DNA of 64,000 nt from Bacteriovoracia bacterium (GCA_050246755.1 JBFWVL010000004.1:128001-192000); one strand, 5' to 3'; positions 10,062 to 20,499 are shown, numbered from the stretch's first letter. Program-made: numbers and translations. Notes: generated from the letters alone by a model not told the origin.

Positions 10062-10639
10062 TGGCTTACTCCTTCCGTGGCGATCTTGCTCTGTCCGGTA
10101 ACCGGATGCAACGTGATCACTTGGCCGGTTTTCTCCTCGCTCACAAAATGGATGCTAACCCCATCGGCGCTGCCGTTGCTGAAGAAATAAACGTCCGTGA
10201 GGCCTTCCTTGATCGGGTCCTTCTGGCGAGGAGAGACGATCTCGGTGATCCGGATGCCTTTGGGGACCTGGCGTTTTTCTTTGGTGAGCTCTTTTATCAA
10301 ACGAAAAGTATCTCCCTCGGCCTTCGCCTTCTCTTCGTCGGATTTACGGTCAGAGAGGCGCTCCGAAACCTTTGGCAGCATATAATTGGCGTTCGCTTCT
10401 TCCAGCCAGAGCTCCTGCTTGTCGAGGTCCACACGCAAACGAATCAGCTTATTGGTGAGCAAAGCCCGGTCGCGGGCCTCGCGCAGGAGCAAAGCCGTTT
10501 GCCGGGCAAAGCCGTCGGCCGAAGTGCGGAAAACGTTATTGAGGGTGGGAATAAACACGGACGTAACCAGGGCCACAAGGCCCATCACGATGAGAATCTC
10601 GATTAGGGTAAAACCCGCACTGCGATTTTTCGCCTTCAT
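10058..10639 (-). CDS. gspH: Type II secretion minor pseudopilin H
   Basis: G|FTLIEILIV prepilin motif; FFSNGS and HPVTG motifs. Confidence 0.82.
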   Translation of the reverse strand: MKAKNRSAGFTLIEILIVMGLVALVTSVFIPTLNNVFRTSADGFARQTALLLREARDRALLTNKLIRLRVDLDKQELWLEEANANYMLPKVSERLSDRKSDEEKAKAEGDTFRLIKELTKEKRQVPKGIRITEIVSPRQKDPIKEGLTDVYFFSNGSADGVSIHFVSEEKTGQVITLHPVTGQSKIATEGVSQ

Positions 10640-10704
10640 AGAAAAGCTCTCGTGGCGCCGGGCCAAAAAGCTAGGTGCACCACGGGGCACACCTAGCTGG
10701 ACCA

Positions 10705-11151
10705 TTAAATCTCGTTGCTCTTAATGTCTTTGTCGAAGCCTTCGCCGTTTTCTTTGCCGTCGTTTCCGTAGCTGGTGATCGTGAAGTTTTTACCGTCAGA
10801 CTCATAGATATAGGGATGGTTCCAGGGATCGTTCGGGATTTTGGAGCCCGAGCCGAGGAAACCGGAAGCGGGGTAGTTAGGGCAGTCGGGAGCGGTGGTA
10901 GGTTTCGCCACCAGGGCCTCGAGGCCTTGCTCGGTGGTGGGATACTGCGAGCAATAACGGCGGTAGTCTTCGAGCAATTGCTTGAAGCCGCTGATCTGGA
11001 TCGTGGTGGCCTTGATATTTCCTTCGGTCATACGATCGAAGAGTTTATTCATCACGAAGGTACCCGCGATGGCGATCAAGCTCATTACGATCAAAATCTC
11101 GATAAGCGAAAATCCGCGCTGGTTCTGTAGTAGTACTCTTTCTTTCTGCAT
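10705..11151 (-). CDS. gspG: Type II secretion major pseudopilin G
   Basis: G|FSLIEIL, YPTTEQGLEALV, DPWNHPYIY and SYGNDG..G.G.D.DI motifs. Confidence 0.95.
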   Translation of the reverse strand: MQKERVLLQNQRGFSLIEILIVMSLIAIAGTFVMNKLFDRMTEGNIKATTIQISGFKQLLEDYRRYCSQYPTTEQGLEALVAKPTTAPDCPNYPASGFLGSGSKIPNDPWNHPYIYESDGKNFTITSYGNDGKENGEGFDKDIKSNEI

Positions 11152-11161
11152 CTCTGTCTCC

Positions 11162-12388
11162 TTAATGATTGATTTCCTGTAACTGCAATAGGGGTACGAA
11201 AACGGCCATCACGATCACGCCCACGCTCAGGCCCATTGCCACGATCATGAGCGGCTCGATCAGGGTGGTCATCGTCTCCACCTTGGTATTTACCTGCTCT
11301 TCGTATTGGCCGGCTACCATCTCGAGCATCGGGGGTAACTCCCCCGTGCGCTCGCCGATCGCGATCATGTGGATGAGGAGCGGCGGAAACTCTCCGCTGC
11401 GCTTGAGCGGTTCCGAAAATCCCTGGCCCTCGGTGATATTTTCTTTGGCGGTCTGGATGGCTCGGGCCAGGATTTCGTTGTCCACCACGGACTTCACGAT
11501 GCCGAGCGCGGTTACCAGTGGCACGCCCCCGTTGAGCAGGGTGGCCATCGTGGACGCGAAGCGGCTCACCGCGATCATGCGCACCACTTCTCCGATGAGC
11601 GGGAGGCTGAGGAGCATGCGGTCTTTTTTTACTTTTCCGGAAGGGGTGGAATAATATTTCCTTACCAGGAACACGAGCACGAATATCCCGATTCCGATGG
11701 CCCACCAGTAGTTTTTCAGGAAAAAAGAAAAGTCCATTAGCGCCTGGGTATACCAGGGCATCTTTTTATTCATCGACGTGAAGATATTGGCGATCTTCGG
11801 GATCACGAAGGTAAAGATCACCAGCATGAGTGCCCCGCCGATGCCGGCCATGAGCAGCGGGTAGGTCATGGCGGAGGTGATGGTTTGGCGGAGCCGCACC
11901 TGGGCTTCCATGAAATCGGCGAGACGACGCAGCACGAGGGGCAGGGTACCGGAAGCTTCTCCGGATTCCACCATGTTGATGAAAATCGGGGTGAATACCT
12001 TCGGGTGCCGGGAGAGTGCTTCCCGGAGCGAGATACCCTCGTTCACTTGCTGGCGCACGTCGGCGAGCGTGCTCTTCAGCTTAATATTCTCGGTTTGGTC
12101 CATCAGCGCGCCGAGGGCTTCCACGAGGGGAATATTCGCTTTGATCAGCGAGGCGAATTGGCGCGTGGTGAGCGCAAGGGTGCGCAGGCTTACCGACTGC
12201 GATCCCGAAAGGGTGGGGAAGAGGGCCGCGAACCCGCCCTTTTTGATATTGGATTTTTCCTCTACCGAAAGCAGAACCACGCCGGACTTTTTGATTTTCT
12301 GCTTGGCCGTTTTCATGGAATCCGCTTCCACCGACGAGCGGAGGGCGGTTCCATATTTATCGGTGCCAGTGTATTCAAAAATCGGCAT
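11162..12388 (-). CDS. gspF: Type II secretion inner membrane platform protein F
   Basis: Two T2SSF domains (GEASGTL, GERTGEL), AMTYP and LIEP motifs. Confidence 0.95.
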   Translation of the reverse strand: MPIFEYTGTDKYGTALRSSVEADSMKTAKQKIKKSGVVLLSVEEKSNIKKGGFAALFPTLSGSQSVSLRTLALTTRQFASLIKANIPLVEALGALMDQTENIKLKSTLADVRQQVNEGISLREALSRHPKVFTPIFINMVESGEASGTLPLVLRRLADFMEAQVRLRQTITSAMTYPLLMAGIGGALMLVIFTFVIPKIANIFTSMNKKMPWYTQALMDFSFFLKNYWWAIGIGIFVLVFLVRKYYSTPSGKVKKDRMLLSLPLIGEVVRMIAVSRFASTMATLLNGGVPLVTALGIVKSVVDNEILARAIQTAKENITEGQGFSEPLKRSGEFPPLLIHMIAIGERTGELPPMLEMVAGQYEEQVNTKVETMTTLIEPLMIVAMGLSVGVIVMAVFVPLLQLQEINH

Positions 12389-12395
12389 CTATTCC

Positions 12396-14105
12396 TTAAT
12401 CGTTCGAATGCAGAGTGCGGGTAAGTTCCTGCACCGTGGTTATTCCCGACAATACTTTCCGCGCGCCGTCTTCACGCATCGTGAGCATGCCCTTGTCGAT
12501 AGCCGCCTTGCGGATCGTGGCCGAATCGGCGTTCTTCATCACCAGGGTGCGGATCGTATCGTCCATCAGCAATAATTCGTGCACGTTGATCCGGCCGGTA
12601 TAACCGGTTTGGGAGCAGGAAACGCAACCCACCGCTTTGTAGAGCGTGATCGGGCCTTGCACGTTACGCACGCCCAATTCTTGTAACTCAAGTTGCGTGG
12701 CTTCGTAGCTTTCGCGGCATTTTGTGCAAACGCGGCGCATGAGCCTCTGGGCCATCACGGCATTCACCGAGCTCGCCACGAGGAAGGGCTCCACGCCCAT
12801 ATCGATCAAGCGGGGGAAAGCGCCGGCGGCTTCATTGGTGTGCAGAGAGGAGAGAACCAAGTGACCCGTGAGGGCCGCGGTTACGGCGAGATCGGCCGTT
12901 TCCGTATCGCGGATCTCCCCCACCATGATCACGTCGGGATCTTGACGCAGGAAAGAACGAAGCGCCCGCGCGAACGTGAGATCGATCTTCGCGTTTACCT
13001 GCACCTGGCCCACGCCGTTGAGCTGGTACTCGATCGGATCTTCCACGGTAAGAATATTGATGTCGGCGGTATTGATCCGCGATAAACAAGCCGCCATCGT
13101 GGTGGACTTACCGCTACCCGTGGGTCCGGTAATAAGAATAATTCCGTTTTCGCGCGACACGAGCTTATTCACCGCTTCGAGCGTTTCCCCTTCGAAGCCG
13201 AGACGCTCGAGCGTGAGCAGTTCCCCGCCTTTTTCGAGGATACGCATCACGATGCGCTCGCCGAACTGCGTGGGAATAGTGGAAAGACGGATATCGATTT
13301 CTTTTCCGGCCACTTTCCGGAAGATACGACCATCCTGCGGGATCCGTTTTTCGGCGATATCGAGGTTGCCCATTACTTTCACGCGGGAAGAAACTGCGGC
13401 GTGCACTTTCTTGGGCTGGTGCAAAATATCGTGCATGATCCCGTCCACGCGGAAGCGAATCACGGTTTCTTTGTCGTAAGGCTCCACGTGAATATCGGAA
13501 GCCTTCTCTTTCACCGCGCGGAAGATCACGGAGTTCACGAACCGGATCACGGGCGCCTCGTCTTCGGTGGCATCGAGAATATCGATCGGGCCCTCGAGGT
13601 CGTAGTCTTCCTCGTCTTCCTTGTTGATGTCCTGGATCATGTTCGAGGTATTGCGCTCGTACACGCGGTTGATCGCATCCTGGAGGCGGGAAGAAGTGCT
13701 CACCACGGTACGAATATTCGGGCAGTCGAAGAGCACGCGCAGGTCTTCGAGGCTTTCGAGGTTGAATGGATCGCTCATCACCACGGTGAGCACGCCATCC
13801 TTCAGCTCGATCGGCAGCACCTCCCGCGAGCGCGCGTAGTTGATCGGCAAGCGGTCCACGAGCCGGGGATCGATATCGTTGGGCTTGATATCTTCGAGGT
13901 AGGGGAGATCGATCTGCGCGCAGAGGGCGCGCATGATCTCGTGGTTCATCACGTATTTTTTTCGCAGCAGGATATCGCCGAGGCGCCCGCCTTCCTCTTC
14001 CTGAATTTGCACGCACTCGTCCAGCTGTCCCTTGGTGAGGGACGTGTACTTCAGCAATAAATCGCCGAGGCGCTTGGGCGTGCCGTCGAGGAGAGTGGGC
14101 GACAT
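12396..14105 (-). CDS. gspE: Type II secretion ATPase E with N-terminal MshEN-like domain
   Basis: ASDIHVEP, Walker A GPTGSGKST, LRQDPDVIMVGEIRD, tetracysteine motif; RLGDLL/RLGDIL N-terminal repeats. Confidence 0.96.
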   Translation of the reverse strand: MSPTLLDGTPKRLGDLLLKYTSLTKGQLDECVQIQEEEGGRLGDILLRKKYVMNHEIMRALCAQIDLPYLEDIKPNDIDPRLVDRLPINYARSREVLPIELKDGVLTVVMSDPFNLESLEDLRVLFDCPNIRTVVSTSSRLQDAINRVYERNTSNMIQDINKEDEEDYDLEGPIDILDATEDEAPVIRFVNSVIFRAVKEKASDIHVEPYDKETVIRFRVDGIMHDILHQPKKVHAAVSSRVKVMGNLDIAEKRIPQDGRIFRKVAGKEIDIRLSTIPTQFGERIVMRILEKGGELLTLERLGFEGETLEAVNKLVSRENGIILITGPTGSGKSTTMAACLSRINTADINILTVEDPIEYQLNGVGQVQVNAKIDLTFARALRSFLRQDPDVIMVGEIRDTETADLAVTAALTGHLVLSSLHTNEAAGAFPRLIDMGVEPFLVASSVNAVMAQRLMRRVCTKCRESYEATQLELQELGVRNVQGPITLYKAVGCVSCSQTGYTGRINVHELLLMDDTIRTLVMKNADSATIRKAAIDKGMLTMREDGARKVLSGITTVQELTRTLHSND

Positions 14106-16618
14106 TATAGCTGTCCACCTTCCTGGGGAATAACCGCGGGAGCAGCGCCGCCGTTATCATACTGCGGAGGCTCACCGATATTGGGCTGGGGAGCTTCCAT
14201 CGGGGGCAGCGGGATCTGACCGCCGTCCGGTGGGTAATAGAACGCGTTCGGATCGTAGTTCTGGTCGTCGTCGTCGCGGTCCGGGCCGGAAGGCGTATTG
14301 ATGGAGGTGCTTTCCACGGCTCTAGCTTGGGGCAGGGGCTCGATCACGGTGAGCTCGGGCAAGCCTTGCTTCATTTTGTCGAAGCGCTTGAAGAACGGAT
14401 CTCTAGAGCCCATATTTTCGCGCACGAAATCGTCATGATCGTCGATACGGCGGTTCAGTACTTTGCGGATCTGATCGTACTGCTTAATGATCCGCGGGGT
14501 GATGAATACCATGAGATTCGTTTTTAAAACCTCAGCCTTCGAATTCTTGAAAAGCCATCCGAGAACCGGAATATCGCCGAGGAGCGGAATCTTGCTAATA
14601 ACTTCGGTGGACTTATCGCGAATCATCCCGGAGAGAACCACTGTATCTTCACTCTGCACGAAAACCTTCGTATTGGTGGCACGAGTATTTTTTCCCACGC
14701 TTTTCCCTTGAATTGCGGTGGGAACGTTGGTGGGGTCGAAGTTTTCCATCTTTTGGTTAATATCGAGCTTCACGAAGTTCGATCCTTTATTAATCTGCGG
14801 GGTAACCTCTAAAAGCAGCTCTGCATTTACGTTTTCAAAGGATGTCGTGGTCACATTGTTGATGGTGGTAGCCTTTTCTTGTGGAGACTGCTCCGAAACT
14901 TGGAAGACGGCCTTTTCATTATCCATGGCAATGATCTGCGGGGTGGCCACTACGTTTGCATCGCCATTAGCCTGGAAAAGCTCAATCAAGCCATTGAGGC
15001 TATTGAATTTCGTGTCTACTCGGTTAGCCCCCGTTCCGATCGAAGGCCCTGGTTTTTCTGGGCCGTGCTTAAATCCAAGAACAAAACCACTAGTGATCGG
15101 GTTGCCCGCAAGCAATGAGGTAAGCGCGCCGCTCGCCGAGGGAAGGGCGATCCCGTTCGAGCCGGAAATAAAGGAGGTACCGTAGTTATGTCCGCGATTG
15201 AGCGTCATCTCCATAATGAGAGCTTCGATGAAGACCTGATCGCGGGGAACATCAAGAACCTCGATCACTTTCTTGAAGGCCGCGAAATCGGCGGGCGAGG
15301 CCTGCACGATCAAGGACTGCGTGGTTTTATCGGCGCTTACTTTCAGCTCGCCCGAAAATGCGCTCGAGTTCTGCTCGCCGAATACCGGGAAGGCCCGGTT
15401 TTGGTTCCGCTGGCCGGAGCCGGTGGTCACGGTGGAAAGGGTTTTCGCCAAAGTTTCCGCGTCGGCGAACTGCAGGCGGATCACATGGATGCGGCCCTGA
15501 TTCGTGGTAGCGGCGGCGCGTTGGTCGAGGCGGCGCACGAGGGCGCGGATTTCCTGGATGCCGGCGGCATTGGCCTTCACGATGAGCGCGTTGGTGCGGT
15601 CGTCGGCGATGATCTTGCTGATCGAAGATCCACCGGAGCGGCCACGGCTACTCGTGCGGGCGGCAGCCCCGTAGGTGGGTTGAGGACGGCCGGGGGCGCC
15701 GAACTGCGAGCCGGTGCCGCGGCCTTCATTGAGGATTTGCTCGATTAACTTGGCAATTTCTTTGGCCACGGCGTTCTTGATCGGCACCACCACGAGGGAT
15801 TCCTGGTAGCCGGCCACATCGAGTAGGTTCACGAGCTCCACCATGCGGTTAATGTGGCTGGAGGTATCGGTGATGATGATCGTATTGGTTTGGGCGTAGG
15901 CCTGCATCCGGGATTCGCGCGGGATCCAAAGGCGGAAGGCTTGCTCGAACTCGGTGGCGTCGATGTAGCGGAGGGGAACTACGCGGGTGATGAACTCGTC
16001 GTTGTTGGGCGCTTTTTTGTCGGTATAGATCGGAGTCTGTTTTTCCTTGGCGCTCGCGAGGCGTTCGATCCGCAGGTATTTGCCGGAAGGAACGAGGGCG
16101 AAGCTGCGCATGTTGAGGGCGGTGAGGAAGGCGTTCCAAGCATCACCCACGGTGATCGGAGTTTGTGAGACCACCGAGATACGGCCCTTGATGTCCTGGG
16201 GATTATAGATGAAGTTTCGGCCGGTGAGCTTCGAGATGGCTTTCGCTACGTCGAGGATCTCGGCATCGGGGTAATCGAAATTCTCCACGATCTCTTTGGA
16301 AGTGGCGGGAGGAAGGCGGTTATTGGCGGTATTGGCCGCTACGGTTCCGCCGCCGGAGGGTGCGCTGCCGCCGCCTACCGAGGAACGGGGAGGAAACGCA
16401 CTGGTGGAAGGACGGCTGGTGGGAGCATTGGTATGCGCGGGCGCGAAATCGTCGCCATCGCCATCCTCGAAATCGTCGCTATCGTCGAAGGGGTTGCTGA
16501 GGCCTTCGGAATTTCCGGGCAGGTTCGAAAAAGGATTCGGTGGCAAGGGTGGCGGATCTTCGGCGCGCGCGGTGCTCGCTAGAATCGTGAGGAGCAATAT
16601 TTTGCTAATGGTCTTCAT
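14105..16618 (-). CDS. gspD: Type II secretion secretin D
   Basis: N0-N3 domains, QVFIEALIME and KIPLLGDIPVLGWLFK secretin signatures. Confidence 0.95.
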   Translation of the reverse strand: MKTISKILLLTILASTARAEDPPPLPPNPFSNLPGNSEGLSNPFDDSDDFEDGDGDDFAPAHTNAPTSRPSTSAFPPRSSVGGGSAPSGGGTVAANTANNRLPPATSKEIVENFDYPDAEILDVAKAISKLTGRNFIYNPQDIKGRISVVSQTPITVGDAWNAFLTALNMRSFALVPSGKYLRIERLASAKEKQTPIYTDKKAPNNDEFITRVVPLRYIDATEFEQAFRLWIPRESRMQAYAQTNTIIITDTSSHINRMVELVNLLDVAGYQESLVVVPIKNAVAKEIAKLIEQILNEGRGTGSQFGAPGRPQPTYGAAARTSSRGRSGGSSISKIIADDRTNALIVKANAAGIQEIRALVRRLDQRAAATTNQGRIHVIRLQFADAETLAKTLSTVTTGSGQRNQNRAFPVFGEQNSSAFSGELKVSADKTTQSLIVQASPADFAAFKKVIEVLDVPRDQVFIEALIMEMTLNRGHNYGTSFISGSNGIALPSASGALTSLLAGNPITSGFVLGFKHGPEKPGPSIGTGANRVDTKFNSLNGLIELFQANGDANVVATPQIIAMDNEKAVFQVSEQSPQEKATTINNVTTTSFENVNAELLLEVTPQINKGSNFVKLDINQKMENFDPTNVPTAIQGKSVGKNTRATNTKVFVQSEDTVVLSGMIRDKSTEVISKIPLLGDIPVLGWLFKNSKAEVLKTNLMVFITPRIIKQYDQIRKVLNRRIDDHDDFVRENMGSRDPFFKRFDKMKQGLPELTVIEPLPQARAVESTSINTPSGPDRDDDDQNYDPNAFYYPPDGGQIPLPPMEAPQPNIGEPPQYDNGGAAPAVIPQEGGQL

Positions 16619-16626
16619 TCCGTCTC

Positions 16627-17625
16627 CTACTGAATGTCGTATTCCAAAGTGGTGTCGCGGCCGCCGCGTTTAAGGTCGATCCGGATATTTTTCGCCCCTT
16701 TGAGGCCGTTTAAAAAAGCGAAGATCTTGGAGGGATCGTCGAGGGGCTGGCCGTTGATCGAGGTGATCACGTCGTTGTCTTTCATGCCAAGCTTATCGTA
16801 GATGGAGCCGGGCACGATCTGGAAGCACTGGTAGCCGCCCGGACGCCCACCTTCTTGATGGGGAACGCAGCGGGCTTCGGTGAGAGTTTGCCCCATTTTT
16901 TCCGGGCTGATGGCTTCGTCGACGATCTTGCGGTCGATATTGAAACGGTTTCCGCTTTGCTGGATTCCCGAGGTGGGTTTCGCGGGGGCCGCGCGGCGGG
17001 TGGCGAGGATTTGATCTTGCGGCAATTCCACGAATTCTCGGCGCTGGCTATTGTTGTTCATAAAGATCACACGGGTGGTTTCGATTTTTTGGATGGTGGC
17101 ACTAGCGCCGAGGGGCTCGCCTTCGCGCACGGCCAGCACGGAGTTGCTTCCCTTATCTTCGATGCTCGCCACGCTTTTCGTGGGATCGCTCGTTACGATC
17201 ACGCCGAGCAGGGTGAGGGGAAGAGTGGTGCGTACGGGCGGGCCATTATCCATGCCCACGTCGGCATCGGGAATCAGGCCTTTCTCGTTGAAGAGATTAC
17301 GCACGAAAATCTGGTCGTAGCGTGTGATGTCTTTATGATCGCGATTCATCGTGACGCGGGGGCGGGGGGGCTCCGCCGCGGGGATGAAGGGGCTAACGGC
17401 GAGCACCAAAAAATCCGCCAGAAAATACGCGCAAACTACGATTACGATGGAGTTATAGAGAAAGGATTTGCGGTAGATTTTTTCCCAGTCGATGAGGGGG
17501 AGGCTGAACTTGCCGCCACGCACGGAAACGACTTGGTTCGGCAAAGCAGCAATTCCTTGCGGACGCTTCCTTGCGAACGAACTTAGCCATGAACGAAGCT
17601 TTTCGCTCCACTGCTTAATATTCAA
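16627..17625 (-). CDS. gspC: Type II secretion system protein C (HR and PDZ domains); start approximate
   Basis: TM helix, RNLFN, LTLLGVI, PDZ (GSIYDKLGMKDNDVITSING); start placed downstream of the sigma54 promoter. Confidence 0.9.
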   Translation of the reverse strand: MNIKQWSEKLRSWLSSFARKRPQGIAALPNQVVSVRGGKFSLPLIDWEKIYRKSFLYNSIVIVVCAYFLADFLVLAVSPFIPAAEPPRPRVTMNRDHKDITRYDQIFVRNLFNEKGLIPDADVGMDNGPPVRTTLPLTLLGVIVTSDPTKSVASIEDKGSNSVLAVREGEPLGASATIQKIETTRVIFMNNNSQRREFVELPQDQILATRRAAPAKPTSGIQQSGNRFNIDRKIVDEAISPEKMGQTLTEARCVPHQEGGRPGGYQCFQIVPGSIYDKLGMKDNDVITSINGQPLDDPSKIFAFLNGLKGAKNIRIDLKRGGRDTTLEYDIQ

Positions 17626-17651
17626 CTGTAACCCCACGATGAGCTTCCTGC

Positions 17652-17667
17652 TGCAATCGGCTTGCCA
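17652..17667 (-). promoter_or_regulatory. Sigma54 -24/-12 promoter of the gsp operon
   Basis: TGGCAAGCCGATTGCA (GG-N10-GC) just upstream of gspC. Confidence 0.7.
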
Positions 17668-17852
17668 TTGGAGAAATTCTAGCCCACCGTGTGTGCCGCG
17701 CAAAGCTAAAGTAATGTTTGAAGTATTTCTTCTTACACGGACGCGTGTGAGTTGACTGGCTGTCACAAAATACGGAAAATACGCCGGAATTACGGACAAG
17801 ATGTCAAAAACCGCAATTGGCTCAAAGATCCAAATTTATAAATTAAAAATAG

Positions 17853-18239
17853 TTATTTGCTGGAGATCGCCACGAGATCGCCCACCATCACGTTGGTGTA
17901 GCTGCCGATGGGAGTGGATTCGGGAGGAAGCATTTTTTCTACCCGGGCCACCGCTACGTCGCCCTCGGCGTGGATCACTTTCAGGCGGGCGATTTTATAG
18001 GAAATATTTTTGCCCACGCGCTGATTGATTTCGTCCACGGTGGTGGTAACGCGGAAAGCATCGAGGGAAGAGCCGGCCTTAATGCCCTGGTTGGTGCCGA
18101 GGTTCACGTACACGTCGCGGTAGAGGGACTGGCCATCGGTCATCGGGAAGTCGCTCTTCACCCCGAATACTTGGTGGTCCTCCGCGCGGGCGCTGAGGGT
18201 GGTGAGGGCGAGTATGGCGATAAGTAAAAAGTTCTTCAT
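17853..18239 (-). CDS. Secreted hypothetical protein (FlgT C-terminal-like beta domain)
   Basis: Signal peptide; VYVNLGTNQGIKAG..IARLKVI..VGDLV pattern. Confidence 0.6.
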   Translation of the reverse strand: MKNFLLIAILALTTLSARAEDHQVFGVKSDFPMTDGQSLYRDVYVNLGTNQGIKAGSSLDAFRVTTTVDEINQRVGKNISYKIARLKVIHAEGDVAVARVEKMLPPESTPIGSYTNVMVGDLVAISSK

Positions 18240-18249
18240 CCTATGTCTC

Positions 18250-18277
18250 TCTTCGGAGCCAGTGGAGAAGAACTTTA
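18250..18277 (-). promoter_or_regulatory. Putative sigma28 (FliA) promoter
   Basis: TAAA-N16-TCCGAAGA ending 10 nt before the ATG at 18239. Confidence 0.5.
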
Positions 18278-18305
18278 TGAGAATGCACCTGACTAAAGCG
18301 CGAGG

Positions 18306-19139
18306 TTAATCGGCGCTTCTCGAACAAAGAGGGTTGCCGGCAATACAAGGCGCGGGAACGGGTTTAGAGGGGCTGCTATCTTCGTCGTCGTCCCGTACCA
18401 CCTTACGCTTGGGTTTGGCCGGCTTCTCGTCCTCGTCTGCCGTGTATTCTTTTTTCACCGAGGTGCGGGATCCATTCACGAATCGATCGAGCTCGGCGTT
18501 GCCTTCGAGGGTTTTCTTCACGAACTCAGTGGAAATCGGAGTCACTTTGGTTACGGCGTTGAGATTGTTCACGGGGAAAGCCATCACGGCGCAGCCCTTG
18601 CGGAGCAGGCCGTAGACGCGGCCAGCGTTGGAGCGGGTGCGGTAGGCGGCGTCGCTGAACATGTTCTTGATCGTGGCTTCCGACGCGCAGCCCGACGGAA
18701 CGAATTCGATTTTCATTCGGTATTCGGCTACGTGGGTGATTTTTTTGTCGGTACCGGCGAAGCAGTTAGCCCGGTATTCCGTTTCGTTCACGCGCTCGAA
18801 GCCGAACGCGTCCTTCGTGTCGAGGCAGCGAACTCCCAAAGTGGGGATCACGGGAATCTGCCTGGCCTTCATGCGAATCGCTTCGGTTTTCTGGGTTTCG
18901 AGCATGCCGTTGAAGAATTTTTCGTACTCGGCCTGGGATGCGCCCTCCAGGTGCTTGGGCATATTGCCGGAATAGTCTTCACCGCTATTATTCCAGAGCT
19001 GGCCGAGCGGCGTTACGCGGGAATTAGTATAGGGGGTTGGGGAGGGAGCGGGTTTTACCGCCGAGTCTGGAACCTGAATTAGGCCGGCCGCAAAGGCCGC
19101 GCCGCTTATGAGACTGAGACAAAAGGTGAGTTTCCACAT
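18306..19139 (-). CDS. Secreted hypothetical protein
   Basis: Signal peptide, GGAG RBS, several cysteines; no family recognised. Confidence 0.7.
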   Translation of the reverse strand: MWKLTFCLSLISGAAFAAGLIQVPDSAVKPAPSPTPYTNSRVTPLGQLWNNSGEDYSGNMPKHLEGASQAEYEKFFNGMLETQKTEAIRMKARQIPVIPTLGVRCLDTKDAFGFERVNETEYRANCFAGTDKKITHVAEYRMKIEFVPSGCASEATIKNMFSDAAYRTRSNAGRVYGLLRKGCAVMAFPVNNLNAVTKVTPISTEFVKKTLEGNAELDRFVNGSRTSVKKEYTADEDEKPAKPKRKVVRDDDEDSSPSKPVPAPCIAGNPLCSRSAD

Positions 19140-19151
19140 GGGGGCGATCTC

Positions 19152-20195
19152 CTACTCGAGTTTGCCGCCGTAGATCATTACGAGCTCGGCGAAAAGTTGT
19201 CGGTCTACCTTATGCATCATCGCGCTCTGAATCAGCTTGAAGGCTTCAAAGGGCGTCTTAGCTTTAGAGTAAGTCCGATCGGTGGTGAGGGCATTAAAAA
19301 TATCGGCGATGGTGATGATCTTGGCGAAAACCGAGATTTGGTTCTCCGTGAGCCCATGAGGATATCCGCCACCCGCGTGCTCTTCATGATGGTGCAAAAT
19401 ACCGAGCTTGGCTCTCTGAGAAAGGTCGCGATTGTCTTTGATGATCTCGTAGCCCCAGCTGGCGTGCTGGCGCATTTCTTCCCACTCCGCTTTATCCAGG
19501 GGGCCTGGCTTATTGATGATGGCGGGTTTCACCTTGGTTTTTCCGATATCGTGGAGGAGGCCGGAAATGCCGAGGTCGGCTAAATCGCCGTCGGCCGAAA
19601 GTTTCATGCGCTTGCCGATTGCGATCGCGCAGAGGCCCACGCCCACCGAGTGCTGGTAGGTATAGGGATCGTGAGAGGAAAGACGGATCAAGTGGTAAAA
19701 AGCTTTGGGGTCGCGCACGAGCAGATTCACGAATCCCGAAACGGCTTTCATCCCTTTGCGGATATTCTCGGGGCTGGGATCCTGAAACAGCTCTTCGGTC
19801 ATGCGCACGGCGGCCGAGCGCATGAGGCCCACCTGGGCTTCCACCGGGATGGTGGTTTGCGAGTTGGAAGCGCTGAGAAAGGTTTCGAGGTACTGGCGGA
19901 CGATGGGCGAATCCTGGCGGCTGAGGAAGATGCGGTCGATACCGGCATCGAGCAGGGCCTGGATTTCGAAGGCGGAAAAATTCTCCCGCTGCTCGCGGAA
20001 AATGCGGTAGCGCTTGCCGCGCTTCACGAAGAAGGTAACGGAAGGAATGGAATCGGGGCGGATCAAATGGATACGCAGGCCCACGAAGGGTTCCTTATTT
20101 TCCGGAGAAAGTTCCTGGAAAAATTCGTTCAAAGACCGGCTAACCGGATCGTCGCCGGGAATCGAAGTCTGATTTAAAGATTCAGCTGCGCCCAT
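19152..20195 (-). CDS. HD-GYP domain protein (cyclic di-nucleotide phosphodiesterase family)
   Basis: HDPYTYQHS, LLHDIGK, HHEE..GGGYP and ADIFNALT motifs. Confidence 0.93.
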   Translation of the reverse strand: MGAAESLNQTSIPGDDPVSRSLNEFFQELSPENKEPFVGLRIHLIRPDSIPSVTFFVKRGKRYRIFREQRENFSAFEIQALLDAGIDRIFLSRQDSPIVRQYLETFLSASNSQTTIPVEAQVGLMRSAAVRMTEELFQDPSPENIRKGMKAVSGFVNLLVRDPKAFYHLIRLSSHDPYTYQHSVGVGLCAIAIGKRMKLSADGDLADLGISGLLHDIGKTKVKPAIINKPGPLDKAEWEEMRQHASWGYEIIKDNRDLSQRAKLGILHHHEEHAGGGYPHGLTENQISVFAKIITIADIFNALTTDRTYSKAKTPFEAFKLIQSAMMHKVDRQLFAELVMIYGGKLE

Positions 20196-20226
20196 AAATT
20201 AGTTATCTCTCTATTATGACATAGAT

Positions 20227-20254
20227 TTATCGGCCCAAACCCCGTTTCCATTGA
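20227..20254 (-). promoter_or_regulatory. Putative sigma28 promoter of the HD-GYP gene
   Basis: TCAA-N16-GCCGATAA. Confidence 0.6.
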
Positions 20255-20303
20255 GCCCTGTCTCGTAGTTTGTCAGGTGTATACGGATTGAGACATTCGG
20301 GGC

Positions 20304-20320
20304 TGTCTAAAGTTTAGACA
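20304..20320. promoter_or_regulatory. Palindromic enhancer-like box (putative sigma54 activator site)
   Basis: Perfect palindrome TGTCTAAA-G-TTTAGACA; degenerate copies at 20259-20275 and 20279-20295. Confidence 0.6.
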
Positions 20321-20392
20321 CTCGCTCCCGAACGCGGGATTTTCCCTCAGGAAATCGGGCTTCTTTCTGTTTCTGGGAACCTGCCCAGTTTC

Positions 20393-20408
20393 TGGCCGCT
20401 GTTTTGCA
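20393..20408 (+). promoter_or_regulatory. Sigma54 -24/-12 promoter
   Basis: TGGCCGCTGTTTTGCA (GG-N10-GC). Confidence 0.65.
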
Positions 20409-20499
20409 ATTACCTCTACGTGCTCATCGAGTGCGGTTAAGGCGGGTCCTAACAGAGGGACCGAGCCCAGTTGTTGAACTTTTGCGGAGGTTGTTGCTG

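Noticed and set aside
13165-14175. 336-aa alternative-frame ORF
   Set aside because: Arg/Pro-rich off-frame reading inside gspE.
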